DNA of 40,756 nt from an uncultured bacterium (GCA_947169755.1 CAMVQX010000001.1:1-40756); one strand, 5' to 3'. Counted from the stretch's first letter, positions 9,392 to 19,393 are shown. Numbers and translations are program-made. Notes: generated from the sequence alone by a model not told the origin.

Positions 9392-10639
9392 TTAAATGTT
9401 AAAGTATTTTTTGATATCGTCAACCATATCCAAGTTCTCCCAAGGATGACCGCTAAAAATTTTTCCAAATACAATTTCTTCCATTCCATCAAAACCGTTC
9501 ACTGTAGTTATATACATTGGACGTTTTAAGTTAAATTTCTTAATTATACCTGCTGGCGTAAGATCCCATAGTGTTTTGATACATTCAACAATTTTGTCTT
9601 GTGAGAATTTTGGATTTTTTGCATTTACACAAATACTTACAGGCTGTGCTATGCCAATACAGTATGCAAGTTGTAAAGTAATTTCATCTGCAATTCCTGC
9701 TGCCACAATATTTTTTGCAATATGACGAGCAGCATAAGCAGCTGAACGGTCAACCTTTGAAGGATCTTTTCCACTGAATGCACCTCCGCCGTGAGGAGCT
9801 CTTCCACCGTAAGTGTCAATTATGATTTTTCTACCAGTAAGACCAGTATCTCCAGCAGGCCCGCCGATTACAAATTTTCCAGTAGGATTTATATAAATAA
9901 TAATATCGTCAAGAGGTCTATTTTCAAGACTTGTATATTTATCTTTTGCATCATTTACAACAGGTATGATTACATGTTCTGTCAAGAAGTCTCTAACCGT
10001 ATCAATATCTACTGTGTCATCGTGTTGAACTGACAATACTATAGTGTGAATTCTTACAGGATTCCAATCTTCGTCATATTCTATCGTTACTTGAGATTTA
10101 GCATCGGGTCTAATCCATTTAGGAAATATACGGTCATCATTGTAGCCTTTTTCTTTTGATACAATGGAGTTTAACAAAATTTCTTCAACTTTGTAAATCA
10201 AACTTTTTGCTATATCAAGTGTAAGAGGAATAAAGTTGTACGTTTCGTTTGTTGCATAACCGAACATTATTCCTTGATCTCCTGCTCCTTGTTCTTTTGT
10301 ACTGGAAGAATCTACTCCCATTGCAATGTCAGGAGACTGTCTGTGTATATGTTGTTCTATACTTACAGTATTTCCACAAAAACCAAGTTCTGGAGAATTG
10401 TAACCAATAGCATTTATAAGTTTACGTACTCCTTCGTCAATTGTTTCTCTTGTTATTGCTGCTTTTGAAGTTACTTCTCCAGCAATTACAACACGATTTT
10501 CGGTTACAAGAGTTTCTACAGCAACTCTTGACTCTGAATCTTTAGCCAAATATAAATCCAAAACTAAATCAGAAATTTGGTCTGCAATTTTATCAGGATG
10601 TCCAAATGATACAAATTCAGATGTAAAAAGTCTATTCAT
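9392..10639 (-). CDS. metK: S-adenosylmethionine synthetase
   Basis: FTSE.V..GHPDK, GAGDQG, DAKSQVT, GLTGRKII.DTYGG, HGGGAFSGKDPSKVDRS. Confidence 0.97.
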   Translation of the reverse strand: MNRLFTSEFVSFGHPDKIADQISDLVLDLYLAKDSESRVAVETLVTENRVVIAGEVTSKAAITRETIDEGVRKLINAIGYNSPELGFCGNTVSIEQHIHRQSPDIAMGVDSSSTKEQGAGDQGIMFGYATNETYNFIPLTLDIAKSLIYKVEEILLNSIVSKEKGYNDDRIFPKWIRPDAKSQVTIEYDEDWNPVRIHTIVLSVQHDDTVDIDTVRDFLTEHVIIPVVNDAKDKYTSLENRPLDDIIIYINPTGKFVIGGPAGDTGLTGRKIIIDTYGGRAPHGGGAFSGKDPSKVDRSAAYAARHIAKNIVAAGIADEITLQLAYCIGIAQPVSICVNAKNPKFSQDKIVECIKTLWDLTPAGIIKKFNLKRPMYITTVNGFDGMEEIVFGKIFSGHPWENLDMVDDIKKYFNI

Positions 10640-10746
10640 TGTTCGTTTTCGTAAAATATTTTTTCAATAACTTCTTTAGGAAGATCTACATTATACTCTT
10701 CCTTTTTCTTAAATAACTTGATGAATTTGAGAATTATTTTTAGCAT
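10636..10746 (-). CDS. small hypothetical protein (36 aa)
   Basis: MLKIILKFIKLF...; ATGA overlap with the metK start. Confidence 0.5.
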   Translation of the reverse strand: MLKIILKFIKLFKKKEEYNVDLPKEVIEKIFYENEQ

Positions 10747-10755
10747 TCAAATAGA

Positions 10756-11505
10756 TTATATTCCTAAGTATTTACATAACTTATTTTGAAAAGTTTGATT
10801 GAATCCTTTAGTAGAACAAGCTATAAATTTTCTTTTATCGTTAGGATTATTCAACAGTTCGTCAAGTTTTTTTCCGCTGTCTTCTGTATTCCATACGCCA
10901 AGCCTAATGCTATCTGCTTGTTCAGAAATTTCAACATTATAATAATTGCAGTATATATTTTCAATAACGTATGAATGAGTATACATATCATACTTGTCAA
11001 AAACGTCTTTTAATTTATCAAAATTAAACAATATTGGAAAATGCGTAGTAAAATTTACTGTTCGTTTACCATCCTTTTTAAGCAAACGAGAAGTTTTTGC
11101 TAAATCATGCTGCCAAGTAAAATTTGGTTTACTTAAATCTCCAATAAAATTTGGTTGCAGATAATAGTATTTTTTTATAAAAGCTTCATCAAAATCATGC
11201 ACAGGATAATAATCATCGCAAACAAACAAAAACTCTTCATACTCGTCGCGATAAATGTCATATGCATGTTTGAATTTGTTTACCATATCAATATGTGGAT
11301 GATATTGGTTTTCAACAGGATCTGCTCTTTTTACAGGCACCCATTCAACAAAATCAAACTTATCTATTATTGGATTTCTGTCACCTATAATAGCAATTTT
11401 GAATGGAAATTTGCAAAACTTTTTCCATCCAGTAAGTGACATTTCTAATTCTCTTCCTTGTTTGCCGCTATCAAAATACGGCATACATATTAAAACTTTG
11501 TCCAT
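10756..11505 (-). CDS. putative GT-A / nucleotide-sugar transferase-like protein
   Basis: FLFVCDDYY acidic motif, NFTTHFP. Confidence 0.5.
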   Translation of the reverse strand: MDKVLICMPYFDSGKQGRELEMSLTGWKKFCKFPFKIAIIGDRNPIIDKFDFVEWVPVKRADPVENQYHPHIDMVNKFKHAYDIYRDEYEEFLFVCDDYYPVHDFDEAFIKKYYYLQPNFIGDLSKPNFTWQHDLAKTSRLLKKDGKRTVNFTTHFPILFNFDKLKDVFDKYDMYTHSYVIENIYCNYYNVEISEQADSIRLGVWNTEDSGKKLDELLNNPNDKRKFIACSTKGFNQTFQNKLCKYLGI

Positions 11506-11539
11506 AAAATTTTTATTAAGATTATAGACAAAGTTTAAT

Positions 11540-12244
11540 TCAGCCTATTGCTTTTGTTTTGATTATCATACCTTCATTGCGAATGCCTTTAACCATATTG
11601 TCGTCAAGTATATAATAGGTGCGGACGCTGCAACGAATTTTCAAAAAGTCTTCATATGATGTATGATATATTGTATATTCTTCATAATTAGCTTTAGCCC
11701 ATGCTCTTTTGCAAAATTCAGGAAAATCTTTTTTGATTTGAACATCGTTGAGCTTGTATGCGTGGTAAATATTTTGTCCTTTGCATTTGCAAAGCGCAAT
11801 ACTATAACCTACTTGCTTCTTTCTATCAAGAAGTCTTTGAGAACGTTCAGTTAATTTGCAGGCCGCCGATTTTTCCTCTTGGACAAATTTTTGAATATTG
11901 TATCCGTCGGCATTGATGCGTTCGGCTTCCTTTTTGAAAAACCAGCCGTGAAAATCATAACGACCGTATTTGAAGGTCTGCGGACGAGTTTGATACTCGT
12001 ACAAATGTATCATTTCATGGAGAAGAGTTTCCTCGAGATAATGTTCTGACTGGTCGTAGTAAATAGACATTTTCAATACATAGTCGTATGTTTTCCATCT
12101 ACGACGATCGATACTGCAAAGTGCTTGCCCAAACAAATGTTCCGATCTGCTAGTTTTGAATGTTGGAGTTTCTATTTCTCCATTCCAATATTTTTTGTTA
12201 AACTCTTGGAATTTTTTCTGCATCCATTCAACAGTAACAATCAT
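11540..12244 (-). CDS. SprT-like zinc metalloprotease
   Basis: TLLHEMIH (HExxH) followed by HG.FF. Confidence 0.85.
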   Translation of the reverse strand: MIVTVEWMQKKFQEFNKKYWNGEIETPTFKTSRSEHLFGQALCSIDRRRWKTYDYVLKMSIYYDQSEHYLEETLLHEMIHLYEYQTRPQTFKYGRYDFHGWFFKKEAERINADGYNIQKFVQEEKSAACKLTERSQRLLDRKKQVGYSIALCKCKGQNIYHAYKLNDVQIKKDFPEFCKRAWAKANYEEYTIYHTSYEDFLKIRCSVRTYYILDDNMVKGIRNEGMIIKTKAIG

Positions 12245-12262
12245 ATTGTGAGTTTTTGTAAG

Positions 12263-12508
12263 TTAAATACCAAAACATTTACCGTGGCATCCGTCAGTAA
12301 AACAAACAGAACAAATACAGAATCCTTTGTGCTCTTTTCTGAAGTTCTCTGCAATATTGCGAGCTTCAAAGCGGTAATTAACAACTGGAAGTTCAAAGAG
12401 CTCCTCTACATCATCTTTGCAGCTTGTGCAAATCATATAACAGCTTTTCCTGAACTCTTCAAACTGCTTCTTGATGATAGCTTTGCGATTTTCCTTTGTG
12501 TTCTTCAT
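12263..12508 (-). CDS. hypothetical protein
   Basis: MKNTKENRK...; downstream of promoter motif. Confidence 0.55.
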   Translation of the reverse strand: MKNTKENRKAIIKKQFEEFRKSCYMICTSCKDDVEELFELPVVNYRFEARNIAENFRKEHKGFCICSVCFTDGCHGKCFGI

Positions 12509-12532
12509 TGTTGTTTCCTTTTGTTTACAATA

Positions 12533-12566
12533 CAAATATACAAAAAAATCTCAATTTAAATGTTAA
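12533..12566 (-). promoter_or_regulatory. promoter TTAACA-N20-TATATTTG
   Basis: Same motif and spacing; overlaps an inverted repeat at ~12545-12578. Confidence 0.7.
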
Positions 12567-12602
12567 AATTGAGATTTTGATATGTTAAAATTTGTTAAAC
12601 TT

Positions 12603-13352
12603 TTAAATCATTGTAGAAGGATCTAAATCTACAAATTTGTGTTCTTGCTGTTTTTCCTCAACTTTTTGGTTTACAGGTTCAGCTTTTGGTTCAATCTTCG
12701 GTTTTATTGGTTCTGCTTTTGGTTGAATTTTAACTTCTTGTTTTGGTTTTTGTTCAACTTTAACTTGCGGCTTTACTGAAGTTGGAATTCCTTCTTTTTT
12801 AATAATAGGCTTTTCTTCGGTTTTGGATTCGTCAGCAGGATTTCCGGTTTTTATTTCTTCAAGTGGTTCATTTGTTTTTTCAGGAATTGTAGATTTGTTT
12901 TCTGCGAGGCTTTCTGTTTTGTCGTTATAATCTACAAAACATTTAATAAATCCTAACGCCACAATTGGGAGAATTGCTCCAGAGACAATAGCAACGATAC
13001 GTTTTTGAGCAATTTCTTCAAGTTCATCTAAACCGAACAAGTTAATCCATTCTATAAATCCGTCTGTTAGATTTGTATATGAATGAAATACATTACCCAT
13101 CATTTGGAATAACGTAAGTAATGTAAACAATCCGAACGAAAGTGTTCTATTGCTTTTCATAAATACACCTGCGCACAATGAGCACATTGCACCAAGTTCA
13201 AATGCTATAGCCAAACAGATAGACATTGATTGACTATGAGACAAACTGAAAAAATCTATAGAACATATTGCTGATATTGTTGCAACAAGCATATACAACA
13301 ATAGAAACAATACTCCAATAGAGTATTTCAATATTTTTTCTGATCTGTTCAT
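12603..13352 (-). CDS. membrane protein (about 4 TM) with Pro/Lys/Glu-rich tail
   Basis: Four hydrophobic segments, then a low-complexity C-terminus. Confidence 0.7.
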   Translation of the reverse strand: MNRSEKILKYSIGVLFLLLYMLVATISAICSIDFFSLSHSQSMSICLAIAFELGAMCSLCAGVFMKSNRTLSFGLFTLLTLFQMMGNVFHSYTNLTDGFIEWINLFGLDELEEIAQKRIVAIVSGAILPIVALGFIKCFVDYNDKTESLAENKSTIPEKTNEPLEEIKTGNPADESKTEEKPIIKKEGIPTSVKPQVKVEQKPKQEVKIQPKAEPIKPKIEPKAEPVNQKVEEKQQEHKFVDLDPSTMI

Positions 13353-13951
13353 ACAATTACTTTATAATAACCTTCTGCATCAATACAAGAAGTGTCTTTA
13401 ACTAATTTTATATTCAATCTTTCTTCTTCTGGTATATCTACCAATTGAAGTTCTGAAAGATTTATAGTATTTACAGCTTTATAATATTTTTTGATTATAT
13501 TTATTTTTTTGTAATAACCATCTTGATATTCATCTTTATCACTGTAAATCTCTGTATAAGGTAAGCCTGCAGCAAGTTCTTTCAATGGATGCTTTTCTCC
13601 ATTGATAATTGCGAAATTTTCTTCTTTTTTGTTTGCAATGCAATAATAACCTTCTCCAGACATTTCCAAAGGATTTCTTATGGTTTTAACATTTTCTCCT
13701 TCTGGTATATCTTTTTCTGCTATTTCGTTTTTGAGAACATCATTGAGCAAAACACGTTTGAATGCTTTATAATATTTGTAAACAGGAGCTTTCAATTCAA
13801 CCAATTTGTTTTCTACTTTATAATTGGTCATAATTTCATCAAGATGCTCTTTCTGTTGTTCAAAATATTTTATAATTTGCAAATTTCTTTTTGCAATTTT
13901 GACATACAGTCTTAATTTGATTGATTGAAATAAAAGTTTAAAAATATTCAT
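13349..13951 (-). CDS. hypothetical protein
   Basis: 200-aa ORF with ATGA overlaps on both sides. Confidence 0.65.
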   Translation of the reverse strand: MNIFKLLFQSIKLRLYVKIAKRNLQIIKYFEQQKEHLDEIMTNYKVENKLVELKAPVYKYYKAFKRVLLNDVLKNEIAEKDIPEGENVKTIRNPLEMSGEGYYCIANKKEENFAIINGEKHPLKELAAGLPYTEIYSDKDEYQDGYYKKINIIKKYYKAVNTINLSELQLVDIPEEERLNIKLVKDTSCIDAEGYYKVIV

Positions 13952-14262
13952 TTGTTAGACTCAAGTTTTTCAAGTTCTGCATCAATTGCTATTTCTCTTT
14001 GCAAATCAAACTTCTTTCTGTCTGTTGACTGTATCATTCTTTTTTCTGCTTTCAAGCCTTCAATTTTGAGAGCTTTTTCAAATTCTTTCTGTGTAATTTG
14101 ATTTTGTCTCATTGTATCAATTACAAGTTCGGTCTGTTTGACTTCTTTTGTAAGTCTTTTTACATTGCTGTTTGTAGAACAAGTTCTAAACATAAACAAT
14201 ATAAGACAAATGCAGCAAATTACTACAATGTTTTTGTTAATCCAATCCCATATTTTTTTCAT
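13948..14262 (-). CDS. single-TM coiled-coil protein
   Basis: N-terminal hydrophobic helix followed by coiled coil. Confidence 0.65.
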   Translation of the reverse strand: MKKIWDWINKNIVVICCICLILFMFRTCSTNSNVKRLTKEVKQTELVIDTMRQNQITQKEFEKALKIEGLKAEKRMIQSTDRKKFDLQREIAIDAELEKLESNK

Positions 14263-14265
14263 AGC

Positions 14266-14565
14266 TTAGTGTTGTTTTTTCTTTTCTCCACCAAAATCTT
14301 GTTTTGGTTTTTCTTTTACGATTTCACCGTGAGGTGCTCTAAACATAACATTTGTTGACCACGGATCTTCATCGCATGTACAATGTTCAGCATCTTGTCC
14401 GCAACGAGGACATTTGTCTGCGTGACTGTGTACATATTTTTCTTCTTTTTCTTCAGTATCTTTTTCTATCTGATCCACTTGAGGCGATTTTTTGATAGCA
14501 GCGCCTGCGGGTTCATGCTTCTTTTTCTTTTCCTCTGTAAATTGTTTGTAAGATTTTACAGCCAT
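14266..14565 (-). CDS. small Cys-motif protein with CTS-like N-terminus
   Basis: MAVKSYKQFTEE; CPRC...CTC. Confidence 0.6.
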   Translation of the reverse strand: MAVKSYKQFTEEKKKKHEPAGAAIKKSPQVDQIEKDTEEKEEKYVHSHADKCPRCGQDAEHCTCDEDPWSTNVMFRAPHGEIVKEKPKQDFGGEKKKQH

Positions 14566-14598
14566 TTTTATATTTTAATTTGTTTTATTTATTTACAA

Positions 14599-14626
14599 CA
14601 AAAAAGGTCTCTTTTTGAAGAGACCT
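14599..14626 (-). terminator. intrinsic terminator
   Basis: AGGTCTCTT/AAGAGACCT hairpin followed by a T-run on the minus strand. Confidence 0.6.
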
Positions 14627-14647
14627 ACCTTTTTTAGCAATACAACA

Positions 14648-14716
14648 TTACTTCTTAGCTTTGTCGTATGCAACCTTCAGTGCTACACCAGCAACACATC
14701 CTAAAATAAACCACAT
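14648..14716 (-). CDS. 22-aa membrane micropeptide
   Basis: MWFILGCVAGVALKVAYDKAKK*; overlaps the upstream stop and precedes the terminator. Confidence 0.5.
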   Translation of the reverse strand: MWFILGCVAGVALKVAYDKAKK

Positions 14717-15111
14717 AATTGTAAAATTTTAATTAATGAATATATTATACCTGCAACAAGTGCAAGAAATCCAAGTACTTTGTACCACTTAAATGTATCA
14801 TAATCAGGGCAGACAACAAGCAAATAGTTTTCTTTGTCAATTTGTGTAAATTCTGGAGCAACAGCATCTGCAAATCCAAGCCTCAAAAATAAGCTATCAA
14901 ATTGTCTAAGAGCATTCAATACGTACGCTTGCTGTATTTTTTCATGGGAATTTACAACTTCTTCTGGAAGATGTATAACAGTATATAATCTGCCAACCCA
15001 GTCAATTCTAAAACCAGCCTCTTCAACATTAAGACGAGTTTCGGGTTCTTTCAATATTTTGTTTATTGCTCGCCAAGTTTTAATTTGACGAATTAAATTT
15101 CTTAAATACAT
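14701..15111 (-). CDS. hypothetical protein with C-terminal TM helix
   Basis: RIDWVGRLYTVI; hydrophobic C-terminus; ends in TAG. Confidence 0.7.
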   Translation of the reverse strand: MYLRNLIRQIKTWRAINKILKEPETRLNVEEAGFRIDWVGRLYTVIHLPEEVVNSHEKIQQAYVLNALRQFDSLFLRLGFADAVAPEFTQIDKENYLLVVCPDYDTFKWYKVLGFLALVAGIIYSLIKILQLCGLF

Positions 15112-15812
15112 TCTATGTTAAAATTTTTGAAAAGCGGATCGTTGATAAGATTTTTTCTTACTCGTTCTTTTCCGTGATGAATTCTGTTTTTGACTGTGCA
15201 GAGACTGATCCCGGGTTCCACTTTTTTCATTTTTTCAAGAATATCATTGTACTTTGCATTTTCGTATATCCTTGGATAGAGATAATCTTTATAAATTTTT
15301 GGAAGTTTGAGAATTTCCGACTTGATACGTTTCATTTGTTCAGCAAGAATATCCTCTTCTTCAAACAAATCGTCTTCTGTTTTGATTTCTTCAATATCAT
15401 AATCGTCTGCGATATCAAACCCCACAGTTTCATGAAGATGTTCAATAGACGAAAGCCTTGCATTTCTTTTTAACGTAACCAGTGCTTCGTTCTTTGCAAT
15501 GGTATATGCCCAGGTTGTTATTTGGAATTGTTCATCATACTCATCAATACGAGTATAAATCTTTGTCATTGTATTTGTAACAACATCATCAGTCAAGTCT
15601 TCGTCTTTCAAAATACCAAAAACAAATGCACGAAGACCATTGTACATTTTATGATAAAGTTTGTTGTATGCTTTTTCTGATTTTGTTGTTTTAAATTCTA
15701 ATGCTAATTCTTTGTAAGTTTGATTTCTTTCTTTCATATATTCAGCCTCTCTATCAAATATATTACTTATTTTAGGTTTGTTTGTTAATATACTGTTAAT
15801 TTTTATAATCAA
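15102..15812 (-). CDS. sigma-70 (ECF-like) RNA polymerase sigma factor
   Basis: Region 2 DDVV...TKIY...YD..FQITTWAYTIAKN; region 4 LPKIY...TVKNRIHHGK. Confidence 0.85.
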   Translation of the reverse strand: MIIKINSILTNKPKISNIFDREAEYMKERNQTYKELALEFKTTKSEKAYNKLYHKMYNGLRAFVFGILKDEDLTDDVVTNTMTKIYTRIDEYDEQFQITTWAYTIAKNEALVTLKRNARLSSIEHLHETVGFDIADDYDIEEIKTEDDLFEEEDILAEQMKRIKSEILKLPKIYKDYLYPRIYENAKYNDILEKMKKVEPGISLCTVKNRIHHGKERVRKNLINDPLFKNFNIECI

Positions 15813-16356
15813 TTATAGTTTTGATATCGGAAAATTTAACCGGTTTGTATTCCCAGAAATCAGTGCAGACATTTACAACATTGCAGCCTTTAGTCAACGC
15901 GGTATCATTGTTGTAAGTTTCATGACCGTGAAAATGAATTGTTCCAGTGTCTTTTCCTGGCCAAGTTTTGAGAGGATAATGACACAAAACAACGTCAAAC
16001 TGCTTTAACAAAAGAATTGACTCTTGCGATATAAAAACATTTTTCTGTTCGAGTAAAGCATCATCGCAGTTTCCTTTGAAAAATACAATTATTCCGTTAA
16101 GTTTTTTAAGAACATTTTCGCATGTAATAGGATCCCAAGCAAAATTTCCTAAATGAAACACGATATCGTTTTTGCCGACTACAGAATTCCACTTCTTAAT
16201 CAGTTTGTTGTTCATTTCATTTATATCGTTAAAAGGTCTTTTTGCTATTTCCAAAATATTTACTCGGCCAAACCAAGTATCTGAGGTAACAAAAAAGTCG
16301 TTGTATTGTTGAAGAGCATCATTGATGTCTTCAGGTAACAAAATCCCACTTCTCAT
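15796..16356 (-). CDS. calcineurin-like metallophosphoesterase (degenerate motifs)
   Basis: TSDTWFG, HLGNF, GNCD, CHYP, HFHGH. Confidence 0.8.
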   Translation of the reverse strand: MRSGILLPEDINDALQQYNDFFVTSDTWFGRVNILEIAKRPFNDINEMNNKLIKKWNSVVGKNDIVFHLGNFAWDPITCENVLKKLNGIIVFFKGNCDDALLEQKNVFISQESILLLKQFDVVLCHYPLKTWPGKDTGTIHFHGHETYNNDTALTKGCNVVNVCTDFWEYKPVKFSDIKTIIDYKN

Positions 16357-16362
16357 TTCAGC

Positions 16363-16782
16363 CTATTTTTTATTAAGTTTAATTTTAATTTTGTCCATGT
16401 AACTCTTAACTGTTTCAACAGTTTCTTTTAATTCAACTGCTTGCTCATTGAGTTTTTCGTAATTTTCAGCTAATACTTGCTGTTCTTTAGTTATATCAAA
16501 ATTTTGTGATTTGTTTTGACAAACGAGAGAAATAATTAACTCAAAATCTTCGTCGCGTTTTGAAGCATCATCATAATCAATACTTGTCTGCATTCCTCCA
16601 TAACCTTCGGGAGTAAAAAATACAATTTGTGGAGTAATTTCTGTTTCTGCTACTGCTTTAAAAGTTCCAGATACATTTTTTGATTTTACATTGTACCGTT
16701 CTTCGTCATGTTTTTCAATTCTTGTAAATCTGCTTAGATTCAACAGTCCTTGATAATGTTTTAGACGATACATCATAGGCAT
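16363..16782 (-). CDS. hypothetical protein
   Basis: 139-aa ORF ending in TAG, in frame with the next gene. Confidence 0.6.
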   Translation of the reverse strand: MPMMYRLKHYQGLLNLSRFTRIEKHDEERYNVKSKNVSGTFKAVAETEITPQIVFFTPEGYGGMQTSIDYDDASKRDEDFELIISLVCQNKSQNFDITKEQQVLAENYEKLNEQAVELKETVETVKSYMDKIKIKLNKK

Positions 16783-16797
16783 TCAAAAATTATTTGT

Positions 16798-17295
16798 TTA
16801 TTTATTTTTGAAAGCTTCAATATATTTTTCGTATTTGTTATTTCCGTGCAACTCTTTCGTGTCGTCAAAGAAAAATGCAACTTCTTCTCTGAACATTTTT
16901 TCGTTAAAATATTCAATAGCAGTAATATCGTGTGATTTTATGTAAGAATAAAGTTCTCGTCTTATTAGAGAATTTAAATCAGAAAGTTCAAATTTGTTAA
17001 ATCCGCTACATAAATAGAACCAAATATTTTGATTGCTTTTTGCATATTTTGAACCGTCATAATTTTGCGAACGGTCTTTCGCATCTTTGACAAACAACAT
17101 AAAAAACTGCATGCGATTGTCTCGACATGAGTCTGTAATATAACGAAGATAGTCAGATTTTAATCCGACATAAATTCCGTTATAAATGCAGTGTTTATAT
17201 TCTTCGGGAAGTTTAGATTTAACGGCATCTATCATTTTATAGATGCCGTAGCCTGATTTTTCTTTTTTAGGAGTCTCGTCCATTTTCATAGACAT
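16798..17295 (-). CDS. hypothetical protein
   Basis: 165-aa ORF in operon. Confidence 0.6.
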   Translation of the reverse strand: MSMKMDETPKKEKSGYGIYKMIDAVKSKLPEEYKHCIYNGIYVGLKSDYLRYITDSCRDNRMQFFMLFVKDAKDRSQNYDGSKYAKSNQNIWFYLCSGFNKFELSDLNSLIRRELYSYIKSHDITAIEYFNEKMFREEVAFFFDDTKELHGNNKYEKYIEAFKNK

Positions 17296-18634
17296 ATTTT
17301 AGAACAGGAAAACGAAGACTCAACAAATCATTGTTTTTGTTCTTTGTTTCCTCAAAGTACTGTATAGTCACTGTTTTTCCAATGATAAGAGAAGGATCTT
17401 TGAACCAAGCAATACGTTGTTCTTTTGACAGTCCAGAACCAACTCCAACTCTTGATCCTTTGTGGTTAATTACAATTGCTGTGACAACATCATACTCCTT
17501 GTTGCCTCCATCGTTGTAAACAACTTTTCCTGTTTCTACACCTTCAACAATGTATTCCCCGTCTCTGAATTTTTTGACTTTAAGTAGATCTTTTGTTCTG
17601 TCATTTTGATAAGGAGCATCTTTACGAAGCATAAAACCTTCCCAGCCTCCATCTTTGACATATTGTGACCATCTGTCAAAATCTTCTTGAGACATAATTC
17701 GTTCCTGCTTTACGTGTTTTACAGTTTTGAATTCTGCAATATGAGGTTGACTGAAAATGTGTGTAAGATAATTGTCGCGAACAGAGAAAAAAGAGGAAGT
17801 TTTTTCCATATTGAATTCCTCTAACGTAAGAATATCAAAAATATTATAGCAAGGAGTAGGAATGGTATAATCTTTACGAGAAATTGCACTGACGGCCCAA
17901 TCAAAATGTTCGTCTCCTTTTTCGTCAAGAATACAAAGCTCGCCATCAAATACAATGCTGTTTGCTTCCATATATTTTGACAACCCACCACTATAAAGTG
18001 TACTGAAAATATGGTCAAGCATTGCTTCAATAGCAGGTTTTACATTGCCGAGAGTTTTGAATTCTTTGCCTTGACGACTTACAAATTTAATATCGTATTT
18101 GTCATCTCCTGCATTATTTTTCTTTGTTGCAATAGTTATACAACGGCAGCCATCGAGTTTACGAGAAGCAAAGAAAGTACCGTCTATGGGGTTAATTCCT
18201 TTGACTTTATCAAGATTGAAAGCAAGAGAAACAAGAAATTTGTCAAGCTCTTCTGACTCCACGCCAGTAGCATTCAAAAAATTCTCTCTTGAAATGCCAA
18301 TTGTAAGTTTCTTTGCGAGAACTGCTTTCAAAATCTCTTGAGATTTTGGCTCAAATTGATTTATTGTATGCTCAACCAAAGCAACAGCAGCATTTCCCGT
18401 TTTATAACGGTTAGACAAAATAAACAAACATTCAGAAAAGTCTTTGTAGTTTTCATCAATAGTCTTTTCGCCGCTTTTGGTAACATTATACTTTTTGACG
18501 AAATACTTTTTATCTGAATATGTGTCTTCAAAGATTTGTTGTACAACAGGATTCATATTGTTTACAAGAATTTCCTTTTTCTTGTTCGTTCCTGCAGTGT
18601 TTTTAATTAAATCAAAAAGTTCAGGAGTTGTCAT
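17267..18634 (-). CDS. lig: ATP-dependent DNA ligase
   Basis: Motif I KLDG, VFDGE, IFD, EGFM, LLKVKKF, OB-fold VGSG, SLRFP. Confidence 0.95.
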   Translation of the reverse strand: MTTPELFDLIKNTAGTNKKKEILVNNMNPVVQQIFEDTYSDKKYFVKKYNVTKSGEKTIDENYKDFSECLFILSNRYKTGNAAVALVEHTINQFEPKSQEILKAVLAKKLTIGISRENFLNATGVESEELDKFLVSLAFNLDKVKGINPIDGTFFASRKLDGCRCITIATKKNNAGDDKYDIKFVSRQGKEFKTLGNVKPAIEAMLDHIFSTLYSGGLSKYMEANSIVFDGELCILDEKGDEHFDWAVSAISRKDYTIPTPCYNIFDILTLEEFNMEKTSSFFSVRDNYLTHIFSQPHIAEFKTVKHVKQERIMSQEDFDRWSQYVKDGGWEGFMLRKDAPYQNDRTKDLLKVKKFRDGEYIVEGVETGKVVYNDGGNKEYDVVTAIVINHKGSRVGVGSGLSKEQRIAWFKDPSLIIGKTVTIQYFEETKNKNNDLLSLRFPVLKYVYENGRDS

Positions 18635-18636
18635 TT

Positions 18637-18990
18637 TTAAGCATTAAGTTCGTTTATTGCATCACTAACTCGACCATCGAATTTGCTATCAATGTCAAAC
18701 AAAACACGACCAAAAGGAATGTTGAAAGTTTCAAAATCCTCAATATTTACACTTGTTTTTGTTGGTTCGCTAAGAATTGTGCCTGCGGAAAAATCAATAT
18801 TTGTAACTCCGTAAACGGCAAATTTTCCGGTACCAGTATCAACACCACTTCTTTCGTACCAACCTTCAATTGCGTAAAATACACCAGGACCAGCAACATT
18901 TTTAATTTTAACAATGACTTTCGGATCTTGTTCGTTTTCCGAATTAAAAGCTTCAAAAAGCTTGTTGATAATTTCTTCTGTGAAAATCAT
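18637..18990 (-). CDS. hypothetical protein
   Basis: 117-aa ORF in operon. Confidence 0.6.
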   Translation of the reverse strand: MIFTEEIINKLFEAFNSENEQDPKVIVKIKNVAGPGVFYAIEGWYERSGVDTGTGKFAVYGVTNIDFSAGTILSEPTKTSVNIEDFETFNIPFGRVLFDIDSKFDGRVSDAINELNA

Positions 18991-18998
18991 AATTTTTG

Positions 18999-19325
18999 TT
19001 ATTTTAAGAGTTTTACTTTTTCTTTCAAGAAATAATGACCAGTCGCCATAATTCCAGCATCGTCATTCCAATATTTCAAATGAACATCTGCATCTTTTTC
19101 TTTTGCATATGCACAAGTTGGTACAATATAGTCTCCAGGATCTGCGATATAATAAACAAGATACAAATAATCAGAACTTTCGTTTATTTTTCCGTAAATG
19201 TTTATGCCTGTCGCGTGAATATTTTCTTCATTTAATAACTTTACTTTATCATTAACATCAATAGCGAATGGAACTTCCTCTCGTCCTTCGTTTTTCGTTA
19301 CAAGTATTCCTTTAATACAGTCCAT
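18999..19325 (-). CDS. hypothetical protein
   Basis: 108-aa ORF downstream of promoter motif. Confidence 0.6.
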   Translation of the reverse strand: MDCIKGILVTKNEGREEVPFAIDVNDKVKLLNEENIHATGINIYGKINESSDYLYLVYYIADPGDYIVPTCAYAKEKDADVHLKYWNDDAGIMATGHYFLKEKVKLLK

Positions 19326-19346
19326 TTTTGATTTTTATTTACAATA

Positions 19347-19380
19347 CAAATATACAAACAAATTTTTAAATCTTTGTTAA
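19347..19380 (-). promoter_or_regulatory. promoter TTAACA-N20-TATATTTG
   Basis: Same motif and spacing. Confidence 0.7.
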
Positions 19381-19393
19381 TCGTCTGTTAAAT

